Source of the DNA: Trichomonas gallinae
Lineage: Eukaryota
DNA length: 50,422 nucleotides
Direction of reading: 5' to 3'
NCBI GenBank assembly: GCA_008369845.1
Contig: MRSU01010851.1
Coordinates: forward strand, 1 to 50,422
Of this stretch, positions 10,011-20,268 are shown one piece after another; within the stretch, counting starts at the first letter, position 1; every line of letters begins with the position of its first letter. The position numbers were made by a program, and so were the translations under genes. The notes under the pieces are model-generated. The model had not been told where the DNA came from. It did not search any database and was given only the letters and a program-made list of their open reading frames with translations.

Positions 10011-13000
10011 TTACTGTGAGATTCCACAAATTGCTCTGAGCTTCTCCATCTTGGCAGCACTTTTTCCGAATGTCTCCTCCAAGTAGTTCCAGATTGGCTC
10101 GAGAGATTTCGTGTAGCTAACGAAACTCTGTCTGAGCTGTGTCAAAGTCTGCTCCTTGATCTTTGTGTCTACAATCTCATTATCAGGGAGGAGCAATAAG
10201 CGAGCCATGGCCAAAATTGCTGCGCCAAGAACTTCGCCAGAAAACTCCTTCCTAACCGTCAAGAACTGCAAAAGCATCTGTGACATAACTTGCGTCTCTT
10301 TGACATCATATGGTGGGAACTGCTCCAAGGCAGCAATCACAGCATCATCAGGGAACTCATGGCTGAATGCACCAAGTGTCATGAACAAAGATGCGATGTT
10401 TGACAACAATCTTTCGCATCCAGATCCTTGTTCCATTGCAGTGTTGTACCACTCCAATATTGTCTCATAGTGCTGCAAAACATTTTGTGCCATGCTTGGA
10501 GACTTTTGGACGACAATATTCAACAAGAAGCACAAGTTCTGTTGCATGTCTGGATTATCAGCGTTAGCAATGAGCTCCGGTATTATCTCAAAGAGCGCGT
10601 CAGCGGCTGCTTGTGAGCATGTGCCAAACTTGATGCAATCAGAGTATGCGCCAACAAAAGCATATGCAGCTAAGTTGTTTGGAGCTTTAATAATTGCAAG
10701 CATAGCTTGGCATAAGTTGTCGATCTGTGCAATATTTGGTGTTCTGACAACAGCCATGATAACAAGCGCGACGTTTGTAAACAAGAATATATCTGTTCTG
10801 CCTTCAAGCGGTTTGACACCTCCGAGGCAAGGAAGCTGGCCTTCGAAGAACAATGTTATAAACTCGAAAGCCAAATTCAAGAACTTGCTCTTAAGCTCTT
10901 CGCTTGCATTGCGGATCAGTTTAGCATAAGGAACAAGTGCTGACGAGACAATTCTTGGATTCTTGTCTGATGTGATTGTCTCATGGAAGTTGACGAACAG
11001 CATCGAAGCGTCATCATTGTCAAGCAACTTAATGATGTCTGTGGATGCCATGTAGAGATCCTCAGCATGCTCAAATGATACATCGTTAACTAATCCACTC
11101 ATGATGCATTCCTGCATGTTCTTCGCAAACTCAGCTGAATTCAAGCGCTTTGCAATTGCGCACATTGTGCCGATGGCTGCGACTTGGACTGTATCATTTG
11201 CTGCTTCATCTTCTTCCTCACCTGCTTCTTCCTCTTCTGGGGCTGCATCTTCTTCCTCACCATCGCCTTCTAATATTGACTGTGCGATAGAATTGACAGC
11301 GTTGACAACCTCGGAATAAGTCTCCATGATTTCTGCTGAAAAGAGTGGGAAGATGAAGCCGATAAAATCAATAGCTTCTGTGATGCACTGTGCGTTTGAG
11401 AGCTTGAGAGCACGAGTGACAATGTTCATGGCTGGTGGAAGAAGCTGCGCTGCAGGAGACTGGTCTTTTTTGAGGACTGCGCCGATAATGAAAAGCGCTG
11501 GAACTGATTGGTAAATCGATGCGTCTTCAGCGAAGAATGTTTCTATGTAGGAAATGACTTCTGAGAGTTCTGCGTCGCCAACATCTGTCCTTCCGATGGA
11601 TTCTGCGAAGATAATTGCAAACTGGTCGAAATCATCTTCAGGGATATTGTCTTTGATCTCCCATAAGCGAGTAAAGAATTCAGGAATGTCTGAATCGAGG
11701 AGATCACACAAGCAATGGCAAGCTGAGTAAGCTTTTGTGCGAAGATCTGACGATTCATGAATAAGCAATGGAACAAGGCGCAAAAGCATTGATGAAACGA
11801 AAATAGTTGCTGTTGGGAATGTTTCATTGAATGAATCAAGGAATTTGCAAACAGCTTCAAGAATTGGCTCAGATTCAGAGTCAAATGCAGAATTAAGTGT
11901 AGTAACTAAGAATTCTGTATCTCCAGCCATAACTTCTGGTGCATAAACAAGAGCATTGGCAAGAACTGAAATTGCGTATTGATGAAGTGAAGTATTTTCT
12001 GTTTGAAAAGCCTGCTGCGTGCGTGTCTTAAGCATTGTGTAAATTGTTTCAAGATCAAGATCCTGAAGCGCTTGGTTAATAAAATCAAATGAACATTCTG
12101 TTCCAGATTCTGTAATTATTGCACCAAGAGTGAATTCCAAATCGAAAATAATGCCTAATTGCTCTTCATTTAAGATCTTAATCAAACCAAGAAGTGAATG
12201 CATAACAAGAGACCTTTCGTAAGCTTCAATTTGCTCAGTGCGTGCGATTTCGATAGCGTTGTTGAATAGTGTTTCAAGTGCAACTGATACATTCTCAGGA
12301 AGCTGAATAATTTTAAGTTTTCCGATAATTTCACCAATCACAACCCAAATACGAACTAAATAGTCCTTAAGTTGTGGGTTGGTAAATTCGGCTGGACTGT
12401 AGTTATATCCGATGAAAGTATTGATTTGTGGGAAGAGATCAACTTGATTTTCAATCAACACATCTGAAATTGACGAAAGAAGTTCAAAAGATGCTACCCG
12501 AATTGGCCATGAGTTCTCTTGTGTACCAATAACAACGAATTCGTATAATTTTTGTGCACTTTGCGATTTTACTTCAGGACTGAAAAGTTTGACTATTCTA
12601 GACAGTATAGCAATGGCACTTACAACTGTTTCCGGATTTTGAATGGCATTTAATGTTGCTGTAATTAGTTCGGACCAATTTTCCATTGTTACATGGCTAG
12701 CAACGACGAATATGATTCCTGCAATGACATCTATGAATTTTTGATGTTGTGGTGAAAAAGCGAGTTGAATCAAACTTGACTTAATCGAATTCATTGTTTC
12801 TGGAGTCAATCCTGCATCGAATTGGACGTTAATAGCTCTTGGAATGTATGTTAAAGCTGAAATTTTGGATTTTTCGTTTGGAGAATTTTGAGCAATATTG
12901 AATAATGGCTCAAAAACCTCAGGATTTGCAAGTAACTCAATTAATTCAGCTTGTACTTGATTGACTAACTGAGGATTCAGCGATGCAACAAAAAGTTCTT

Positions 13001-13016
13001 CAAGACGCTGCTGCAT
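10011..13016 (-). CDS. Importin-beta/karyopherin family HEAT-repeat protein (1001 aa)
   Basis: About 1000-aa acidic all-helical protein. IBN_N-like start (LEELFVASLNPQLVNQVQAEL), HEAT-like motifs (ENWSELI, WPIRVASFELL, SDLRTKAYSAC) and an internal acidic loop. Confidence 0.75.
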   Translation of the reverse strand: MQQRLEELFVASLNPQLVNQVQAELIELLANPEVFEPLFNIAQNSPNEKSKISALTYIPRAINVQFDAGLTPETMNSIKSSLIQLAFSPQHQKFIDVIAGIIFVVASHVTMENWSELITATLNAIQNPETVVSAIAILSRIVKLFSPEVKSQSAQKLYEFVVIGTQENSWPIRVASFELLSSISDVLIENQVDLFPQINTFIGYNYSPAEFTNPQLKDYLVRIWVVIGEIIGKLKIIQLPENVSVALETLFNNAIEIARTEQIEAYERSLVMHSLLGLIKILNEEQLGIIFDLEFTLGAIITESGTECSFDFINQALQDLDLETIYTMLKTRTQQAFQTENTSLHQYAISVLANALVYAPEVMAGDTEFLVTTLNSAFDSESEPILEAVCKFLDSFNETFPTATIFVSSMLLRLVPLLIHESSDLRTKAYSACHCLCDLLDSDIPEFFTRLWEIKDNIPEDDFDQFAIIFAESIGRTDVGDAELSEVISYIETFFAEDASIYQSVPALFIIGAVLKKDQSPAAQLLPPAMNIVTRALKLSNAQCITEAIDFIGFIFPLFSAEIMETYSEVVNAVNSIAQSILEGDGEEEDAAPEEEEAGEEEDEAANDTVQVAAIGTMCAIAKRLNSAEFAKNMQECIMSGLVNDVSFEHAEDLYMASTDIIKLLDNDDASMLFVNFHETITSDKNPRIVSSALVPYAKLIRNASEELKSKFLNLAFEFITLFFEGQLPCLGGVKPLEGRTDIFLFTNVALVIMAVVRTPNIAQIDNLCQAMLAIIKAPNNLAAYAFVGAYSDCIKFGTCSQAAADALFEIIPELIANADNPDMQQNLCFLLNIVVQKSPSMAQNVLQHYETILEWYNTAMEQGSGCERLLSNIASLFMTLGAFSHEFPDDAVIAALEQFPPYDVKETQVMSQMLLQFLTVRKEFSGEVLGAAILAMARLLLLPDNEIVDTKIKEQTLTQLRQSFVSYTKSLEPIWNYLEETFGKSAAKMEKLRAICGISQ

Positions 13017-13159
13017 TTCAATTCCAGAGCTCTTCTAACAAAAATTCAATAACTGTGGTAAGTTTTTTGTGTCTAAAGATTTTAGAAAAATTTATATGCA
13101 ACATCGATTTTAATAGCTGTATTTGGCTAAAATAACAGAATTTAGTATTCTTTTGTAAT

Positions 13160-13450
13160 GAAATCAATCATACATCGACTTTTTGTATATAAGATTAAAT
13201 AAATATTTGACATGTAAACTAATTTACAACATATGATTTTATAATATGCTTCATTTTCTTCGTTTTTACTCATCACCTTAGTGAAAAATAATTAAATACA
13301 AACTCATTTTTTAAAGAAATCCATCATGCATCGACTTTTTATGAATAAGGTTAAATAAAGTATTTGACATGTAAATTAGTTTACATTCTAATATTTCCTA
13401 TAAATGTTTTATTTTCTTCCTTTTTACTCGTTGAAACTAAACGAGAAGAT
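13160..13450 (+). repeat. Imperfect tandem duplication (period ~156 bp) of the PDI promoter and first codons
   Basis: gaaatcaatcatacatcgactttttgtatataagattaaataaatatttgacatgtaaa at 13160 vs gaaatccatcatgcatcgactttttatgaataaggttaaataaagtatttgacatgtaaa at 13316; similarity continues into atgcttcattttcttcgtttttactc vs atgttttattttcttcctttttactc. Confidence 0.85.
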
Positions 13451-14513
13451 GCACTTCAATGTGATGAATCAGTCATGGAAAGTGCCAGTCTTTTTGTTTC
13501 TTTATTCACCTCATTGCGGTCACTGCAAAGAAGTTAAACCAGATTGGAAAAACCTATCACAACTATACAAAAATGATCCCAAAATTATCATTGCTGAACT
13601 AAATTGCGAAAATTACAATCATATTTGCAGTAAAAGGCATGAAGTCACTGGATATCCTTCTTGGAGAAACATCTTAAAAGGGCATTCACGTTCATACAGT
13701 GGTGAAAGAGACCTAAATGCATTTAAAACAGAAGCAGAACGTCTTAAATCTTTAAAAATGGATGAATTGTGTCAAGTATTAAACGAAAATAAACTCAATA
13801 GCTCTTTAAACTTCCCAGCATTTGTAATTAATCACACTGGTACACTCAAAGAAGCGTGTGCTTTAGTTGATAAATTCGTAGATAAAGATTATTCACTTGA
13901 AAATCAATTTTATCTCAATGTAAATCAATCTGAAATGGGTGCTTCTGTCTATAGTAGCCCAGAACATTCTGTTATCCTAGATTCTCCATACTCGAACAAA
14001 AAATTTAAAAAATTCTTGAAAGAATACAAAACAAAGGCGTTCGCTACGATTAAATGGTCTGAAGCAATGTCCAAGAATCGGCCACTTGTTATAATGATCG
14101 TCAACGATCTTAAAGACGTAAATCAATTTAAAGATTTGGGAGTCACGCATTTATCTCATTACTTTGCTGCAATTACAGTAGAACGCTTTAAATTCTTAAA
14201 TGCTGGAAGTATTCCTATTGATAAAGTAAATTATCCAGCTGCAATAATAACAAATGACAAAAAGAACAGATATGTCCTTCTATCGGATGTTAACTCATCA
14301 ATAATAGAAAATGCAATAACTCAAGATTTTGAATCTTTAGATAATATTAAGCAAAAAAGATTATCATTTATTTTTCGTGATTTAGTTCTTTTCCCTGGCT
14401 CTAAATTCTCAAATACTACTATATATCTCATAATTGCAGCAATTGTAGTCTCACTTTTAATTGGTGCTTATTATACGTTTTGCGATGGGGAGCCAACATA
14501 TAAATTCGAATAA
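13404..14513 (+). CDS. Membrane-anchored thioredoxin/PDI-family protein (TMX-like)
   Basis: Short signal peptide, thioredoxin domain with YSPHCGHCK and VTGYPS, C-terminal TM (IYLIIAAIVVSLLIGAYYTF) and a short tail ending KFE. Confidence 0.85.
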   Translation: MFYFLPFYSLKLNEKMHFNVMNQSWKVPVFLFLYSPHCGHCKEVKPDWKNLSQLYKNDPKIIIAELNCENYNHICSKRHEVTGYPSWRNILKGHSRSYSGERDLNAFKTEAERLKSLKMDELCQVLNENKLNSSLNFPAFVINHTGTLKEACALVDKFVDKDYSLENQFYLNVNQSEMGASVYSSPEHSVILDSPYSNKKFKKFLKEYKTKAFATIKWSEAMSKNRPLVIMIVNDLKDVNQFKDLGVTHLSHYFAAITVERFKFLNAGSIPIDKVNYPAAIITNDKKNRYVLLSDVNSSIIENAITQDFESLDNIKQKRLSFIFRDLVLFPGSKFSNTTIYLIIAAIVVSLLIGAYYTFCDGEPTYKFE

Positions 14514-14571
14514 ACTGTTTGTATCTGAAATTGTATCAACAAATATTGCAATTTATTAGCAAAATATTAAA

Positions 14572-15867
14572 TTATTTGGTACGAAATAGTTCATCAAGCG
14601 ATGGATGCTTTAATTGCTCAAAGTGAAGCCATACTTCTGTATTTTTAGCATAATCAACAGCCATATTTCCTGATTTATCATAATGATAAGAATCTAATTC
14701 TTCAAGAGTCAAAAGATACTTGACAATATCAGCATTGCCGTATCTTGATGCCAAATGAAGAACATTTTGCCCATAATTGTCTTGATAATTCAAATCAAAT
14801 ATATTATAGCCGCAAATGGTCTGGATGATAGAAATATTGCCATATCTCGCAGCATACATCATGATGTTATATCTGTTTTTGCTCAAAAGCAATAAATTTG
14901 TTTTTGGATTTCCAACAAGAATCTTAAAGATTTTAAGGTCTCCTGTTTTTGCGGCGATATGTATTGGAGCCTGACCATCCTTATTTGTAATATTTGTGTC
15001 AATTTTAGGATGCGAACACAAAATCTTTACAATTTCAAAACATTTATATGTGCATGCAAGATGAAGAGCTGTATTTCCCATATATGTTTGTGCATTGATG
15101 TCAATACAGTTTTCTTGCACAAGATATCTCACTGTTTCAACCGAATTACTTCTGACAGCCCAATGCAGTGCATTCATCTTGAGATTGGAGGTAATTTCTG
15201 TATTTATTCCACTCTCTTTGAACATTCTAACAAGTTTTGCATTGCCTTCCGCTGCTGATTTTAAGAAAAAATCCATATTCAAATTATTTCTAACATTTCT
15301 AGCTATATTGCTATGTACTGTGTATCTAATAGATGTGATATCATTCTCTTGAGCACATTTATCCAGGATTTCATATATTTTATTAAAATTTCCATTTGCT
15401 TGATTGATATCTTTCATGTTTTTGTTCTGTATTACGTTTTCCAATCGCTTTTTGAATTCATTAAGCTCTTTTTGCGGTGATTTTATTTTGGAATTTGAAC
15501 TTGGTTCAATTTCATTAGTAAATTTAGCCATTTGATATGCAAGGGCTATTTTTGACTGCATTAATTGGGCTGCAATCTGTTTAAATGATATAATACCAAG
15601 AGAAATGCTGAGAGTCTGAAGAAATCTGATACTTTCCATGTAATCTTCCTTCGTATATATGTGCATATGCTGTAAAATCTCGAGTATTTGCTTGGCTTCG
15701 TATTTAGACTTACAGATATCAACAAATTTAATTGCATAATCAATACTAATGCTAGCAACATCCAATACTTTGCATAGGGTATCCATTGTGTATCTTTCTG
15801 CAATAGAATTATCCTGTATATATTCGCTTAATTTCATCGCTTCATCACGATAAAAAATTGCAGCCAT
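14572..15867 (-). CDS. Ankyrin-repeat protein (431 aa)
   Basis: Repeats NALHWAVRSN, GNTALHLAC, GQAPIHIAAKTG, NIMMYAARYG, GQNVLHLASRYG. First ATG at 15867. Confidence 0.92.
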   Translation of the reverse strand: MAAIFYRDEAMKLSEYIQDNSIAERYTMDTLCKVLDVASISIDYAIKFVDICKSKYEAKQILEILQHMHIYTKEDYMESIRFLQTLSISLGIISFKQIAAQLMQSKIALAYQMAKFTNEIEPSSNSKIKSPQKELNEFKKRLENVIQNKNMKDINQANGNFNKIYEILDKCAQENDITSIRYTVHSNIARNVRNNLNMDFFLKSAAEGNAKLVRMFKESGINTEITSNLKMNALHWAVRSNSVETVRYLVQENCIDINAQTYMGNTALHLACTYKCFEIVKILCSHPKIDTNITNKDGQAPIHIAAKTGDLKIFKILVGNPKTNLLLLSKNRYNIMMYAARYGNISIIQTICGYNIFDLNYQDNYGQNVLHLASRYGNADIVKYLLTLEELDSYHYDKSGNMAVDYAKNTEVWLHFEQLKHPSLDELFRTK

Positions 15868-16969
15868 CAAAACAATAATAATTTTCAATGTGGATGCAAT
15901 TGAAAAACTACCTTTGCTTATCTAATGATAATGCACATATTTGCATAAGGAAATAAGTTGACCATGCCTGTGAAAATGGACTCAAACATATTTCCACAGT
16001 ATTGAAAAATCAAAATTAATGATTTATATTAGTTTATACATGATGATCATGAAATCTATCTTAAAATTTAATAAATTTCAATTGATACGGCAAAAACAAA
16101 ACATTAATTTAAAATAATGATAAATAAAACAAACTTATCATTTTGTTGGGTTATTTTTTCATAAATTTTTTCTTTTCAAAAAATTTTGAAAGTCGCCAAC
16201 TGATCAACAAAAATTTATCTGTCAATGATAATTTAGAACATGCATGTGGTTTTAGACATATACTCTAAATTATTTGTGCTTTTTTGAACTGTAACTTAAC
16301 AATTCAATATAATGAATGTGTTCTGTGATCATCATTGTTTTAGTTCTTTTACCACATAACTATATCTTGATTAAAAGTGAAAAGCAAAACACAAACAGCT
16401 GAGTGAATTCTCTTTGTACTGCTCTGAAGCTATACATTGGCATGAGATGTAAATTTACAGAAATGATTTATATCCAATACATTCTTTGTGTAAACTAAAT
16501 TTAATAGAAATTTTGAAATCTAAATTCATTTCCATTATATAAGCTATATCAATGTGGCATCACTTTATAATGTGGTGGTAATCATATTGGCCATGTGAAA
16601 TCACTGTTGTTCTATTCCCTATCCTATGCAAAAAATATTTCCAGCATCATACATCGATTTTAAGCTTTTTTGTTTGTAGATTTATTATATATATAACTTT
16701 TCTATTCTGAAAGCCACATAGTTATTTCAGAATTCCCTCATAAATAATATCATATTGAATAAATTCTTTTACGCTCATAACTATATTAGATATTAAATAT
16801 ACTACTGCTTGACTTTCTATTATCTATGATATTAAGTGTAAATACATGTTCAATCAAAAAAATCACAAATAATCAAAATTTAGCATTTCTTGAGTTTGAA
16901 ACACTTATATAATGATGAACGGCTACGAAATGCCGGGTGAAATCAACAAAAACCTTTTTTGAAGGCGAT

Positions 16970-19588
16970 ATGTTCTGTTTTTTGTTTTTTGTTGCTGCGT
17001 CAACCCAAAGCTTTCGAATAACCTACGGATTTGGAAGTATTCAAATTCAAGGCGAAATGCAGTTAAATCTACCGGAAACAACGTTCGATAAAAATTCATA
17101 TCCAAATATCAAACAACTGTTGCACGCCTGTCTGATAATTACGAATAATGAAGACTTTTTGACACAATCTGGTAATCCACTAAGCTTAATAAACATTATA
17201 GATATCAATTCAATTTTCACAGTTGTTCCAAAATCACAAAATGCAATACTAGAATACGTATTATTCGATGTTGACACTACCAATCCAGAAATATTATTCA
17301 ATGGAGGCGGGTTACAAACAATTCAATATAATTCAGCAGTTTCGACATCTTCAACTATATATTTAGTCAGTACTTGTAATTTTAACTACAGATTGCTTGA
17401 ATCACAGCAAAAGTGGAAACTCTCTTATTTATATAATTTTGCAGGTGATTTTGAGCTTGATAACGTGACTGATTTAATAGAATCCCGCTTTGTTAGAGCT
17501 ACTCCAATAATATCTGATGCACAAACACCAGTAATTACGAAGATAAATCAATCAACAGAATTTGATTTCTTCAACAAAAGCGCAAAACTTTTGCAATCAT
17601 GGACAGAATCATCGCATACTGATACAGCGCCTTTAGACTTCTACATATCAGTTACAGGAGATTATTCAATCATGCTTGATGAAGATATATACTCGTTCAA
17701 ATTCAGAGAGCCAAGAGAAGGAATGATGACCGTTATAGTTTTTTATGATAGCGAAGGATTCGAGTTTGCAAATGAATCCATGCTCACGCAGGTCATAGAG
17801 TGCCCTGATCAGTACGAAATTCGATCTTTTACTAAACACGCAGAGTTTAAATTCCAATTTTTCGAATGCCCGATTCCAGATTATTTTGATATCATCACGA
17901 ACATCGAAGAAAACTGTGCAATGAATCCAAATGGAGTTCCAGGTAAGTATGTATTCACTGTAACATCACACAGTCCATTCGAATTACACATTTTCTTCTC
18001 GAATTATTTGCTTGAAAAACAAGATCATTTTTCGTTCAATTATTACACTATGCAAATGGAAGGAGCTGGAAAAACTGAAATTATGCAACCAGATATTTAT
18101 ATAACAAACTACAAATGTGTTGTTTTTGAGCTCATAGTCAACTCCAATAATATCAACGGATACTTCGGAGTTTACAATGTTAATTTCACGCAAGATGAGC
18201 TGATGTATGGCTGTGTCAGCGGAATACTATACTCATATAGACCTCGTTCTGTCGATATTTACGAGGGAACAGATTTCAATCAGTACACAATCTTCGATTC
18301 AGGTTTATACCAATTTGACATTTCTCACAACTCCACAAGAATTTATATTGCAGCAAAAAGCAACATAGCAAGTCATTTGATTATGTTAAATCCAGATTTA
18401 TTTGAATCAGAAGATGGAGTAACTCTTAATGATGTTATCTACAATAGAAATACTTTAAAGATCAAATCGAGAAAAGAAGAAAATCAAAATCTGAGTATAG
18501 CTGCAATTTTAACAAACGAAACAAAGAACTATTATTACTTTGTGAATTATTTCGATCAGCCATTTTACACTAATGAAAGCAGCACAACATTGATATTCGT
18601 TTCATCACTTCCATCAAGTGTTGACGTCAAATACTCATTAGATAACAAGACAATCTCACAGATGAATAATTTTACAGTAGAAAAATTTGAAATGAATGAA
18701 ATGTTCTCAGGTTTCTTCGGTTTTAATGGAATAACGCGAGAATATTCTGAAAACATTCCAGAGAATCATATAACTAATTATCATTCATCGAATAACAAAT
18801 CATTCGATACAGAAATGCAGTTTTGCTTAATTAATGAAGGAAAAATGCAAAAATTCGGAGTTAAAAAGTCACTTCAACTGATTTTCACTGATGAGTCACA
18901 GAAATCAGTTATGCTGATGAATGTTAATGGATTCTCTAATGAAGCTATTAATTTTGCACAATATTCTTTCACTTTGAGAACGAAATCTAATCCAGAAAAT
19001 GTTACAGTAGCTATACTGCCTTCTTGTAATGAAATTCATGTCAATGATATTGAGGAAGCAGATTACACAGTAATCCAGCCACAATCCAGTCCATTTACGA
19101 TATGTTTAGTCTCATTTTATGAATTTTCTGGTTTAATCTCAGCAAATACTCAGAATGGATTTAGCTATAATGTATATAATGATTCCATATCTTCTAATAC
19201 CTGGAAAGTTGTCGCTAAAGACCAAGAAGAAATAATTTCAGCAAATATAGTTTTAATTAACTGGAATGAAAGCATAAAATCAGAAAATGAGTCAAAACTG
19301 TTCTTGAATGGAGTTGTTTTCAATCAGAAAGATTTAAATTGGGAGGGATTATTTATTTCAGAATACAAATCATCAGATATTTTTGTTAAATCTCAAACAG
19401 ACGATCCAGTTCCTCCATTAGTTGAATGGCCACCAGACCCTAATGTGCCACTGATTGCAGGCTGTACAATTACAGGAATTATTTTAATTTCTCTAATTGG
19501 AGCCTATTTCACAACAAGAACCATAAGATCGCATAGAGAGGAAAAGAGTTCTTCAACTGCTACTCAAGCAGAAATTATTCTAATTTAA
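16970..19588 (+). CDS. Large type-I membrane / surface protein (872 aa), unknown function
   Basis: Signal-like MFCFLFFVAAS, beta-rich ectodomain with many N-x-S/T sites, Pro-rich stalk, TM (LIAGCTITGIILISLIGAYF) and a short tail. ATG at 16970 preceded by CCTTT (M5-like) at 16953. Confidence 0.8.
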   Translation: MFCFLFFVAASTQSFRITYGFGSIQIQGEMQLNLPETTFDKNSYPNIKQLLHACLIITNNEDFLTQSGNPLSLINIIDINSIFTVVPKSQNAILEYVLFDVDTTNPEILFNGGGLQTIQYNSAVSTSSTIYLVSTCNFNYRLLESQQKWKLSYLYNFAGDFELDNVTDLIESRFVRATPIISDAQTPVITKINQSTEFDFFNKSAKLLQSWTESSHTDTAPLDFYISVTGDYSIMLDEDIYSFKFREPREGMMTVIVFYDSEGFEFANESMLTQVIECPDQYEIRSFTKHAEFKFQFFECPIPDYFDIITNIEENCAMNPNGVPGKYVFTVTSHSPFELHIFFSNYLLEKQDHFSFNYYTMQMEGAGKTEIMQPDIYITNYKCVVFELIVNSNNINGYFGVYNVNFTQDELMYGCVSGILYSYRPRSVDIYEGTDFNQYTIFDSGLYQFDISHNSTRIYIAAKSNIASHLIMLNPDLFESEDGVTLNDVIYNRNTLKIKSRKEENQNLSIAAILTNETKNYYYFVNYFDQPFYTNESSTTLIFVSSLPSSVDVKYSLDNKTISQMNNFTVEKFEMNEMFSGFFGFNGITREYSENIPENHITNYHSSNNKSFDTEMQFCLINEGKMQKFGVKKSLQLIFTDESQKSVMLMNVNGFSNEAINFAQYSFTLRTKSNPENVTVAILPSCNEIHVNDIEEADYTVIQPQSSPFTICLVSFYEFSGLISANTQNGFSYNVYNDSISSNTWKVVAKDQEEIISANIVLINWNESIKSENESKLFLNGVVFNQKDLNWEGLFISEYKSSDIFVKSQTDDPVPPLVEWPPDPNVPLIAGCTITGIILISLIGAYFTTRTIRSHREEKSSSTATQAEIILI

Positions 19589-19938
19589 TTAAAATTTTTT
19601 GTATGTTGATGTTTAAATAAATTATCGGATTTTTAATTGAAATAAGTATGTTAACTTCTTCATGCCTCAAATTTGTCTCATTCACACTTTTAGAATTAAG
19701 ATAATATATTTTAGCTCAAAATCTGTTTTCATATTGAATACTCCTTCAGTTTCTATAGCAATGGAATATGTCAATACAAAAATGCATCAAAGTAATATAA
19801 TATTTCATTTCTTAATCTAATTTGGAGAATCAAGCTCTGTGAATGTAATTTATATAATTTTGAAGTAAATAATTAAAACAATGTTAGTTTAAAACGTAAA
19901 AAATTAATTGATCGTAAATTTCCAAATTTGATTATGAA

Positions 19939-20268
19939 TTACCAGCCCTCATCATCGTCATCCCACTTGTCATCAAACTTTCCATGATGTTTAATCTGAA
20001 CAGTACTGTGAGATTGTTCATTTGCAGAAACTTTATTAAGAATTTCGAGGAGTTCAGCATCTTGAACTGGGCCACCGAGGTTGCGTTGCTGGGACATCTG
20101 AATTAACATGTCTTCAACCATCCTTGCCTTCTCAGGCTTAACTAAAGCAATTCTTCCGAGTCTTTCCTTGGCCTCTGTTGATAAAATCTTGTCGAGGATG
20201 GCAGCACGCTGTGCCTCCATCTGCTTCTTCTGCTCCTCAGCCTGCTTCTGCTGTTCTGCTGCTGACAT
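19939..20268 (-). CDS. PDCD5: Programmed cell death 5 / TFAR19-family dsDNA-binding protein
   Basis: Family motif ILDKILSTEAKERLGRIALVKPEKARMVEDMLIQM...DAELLEILNKV and an acidic tail; Inr-like TCATA just before the ATG. Confidence 0.92.
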   Translation of the reverse strand: MSAAEQQKQAEEQKKQMEAQRAAILDKILSTEAKERLGRIALVKPEKARMVEDMLIQMSQQRNLGGPVQDAELLEILNKVSANEQSHSTVQIKHHGKFDDKWDDDDEGW

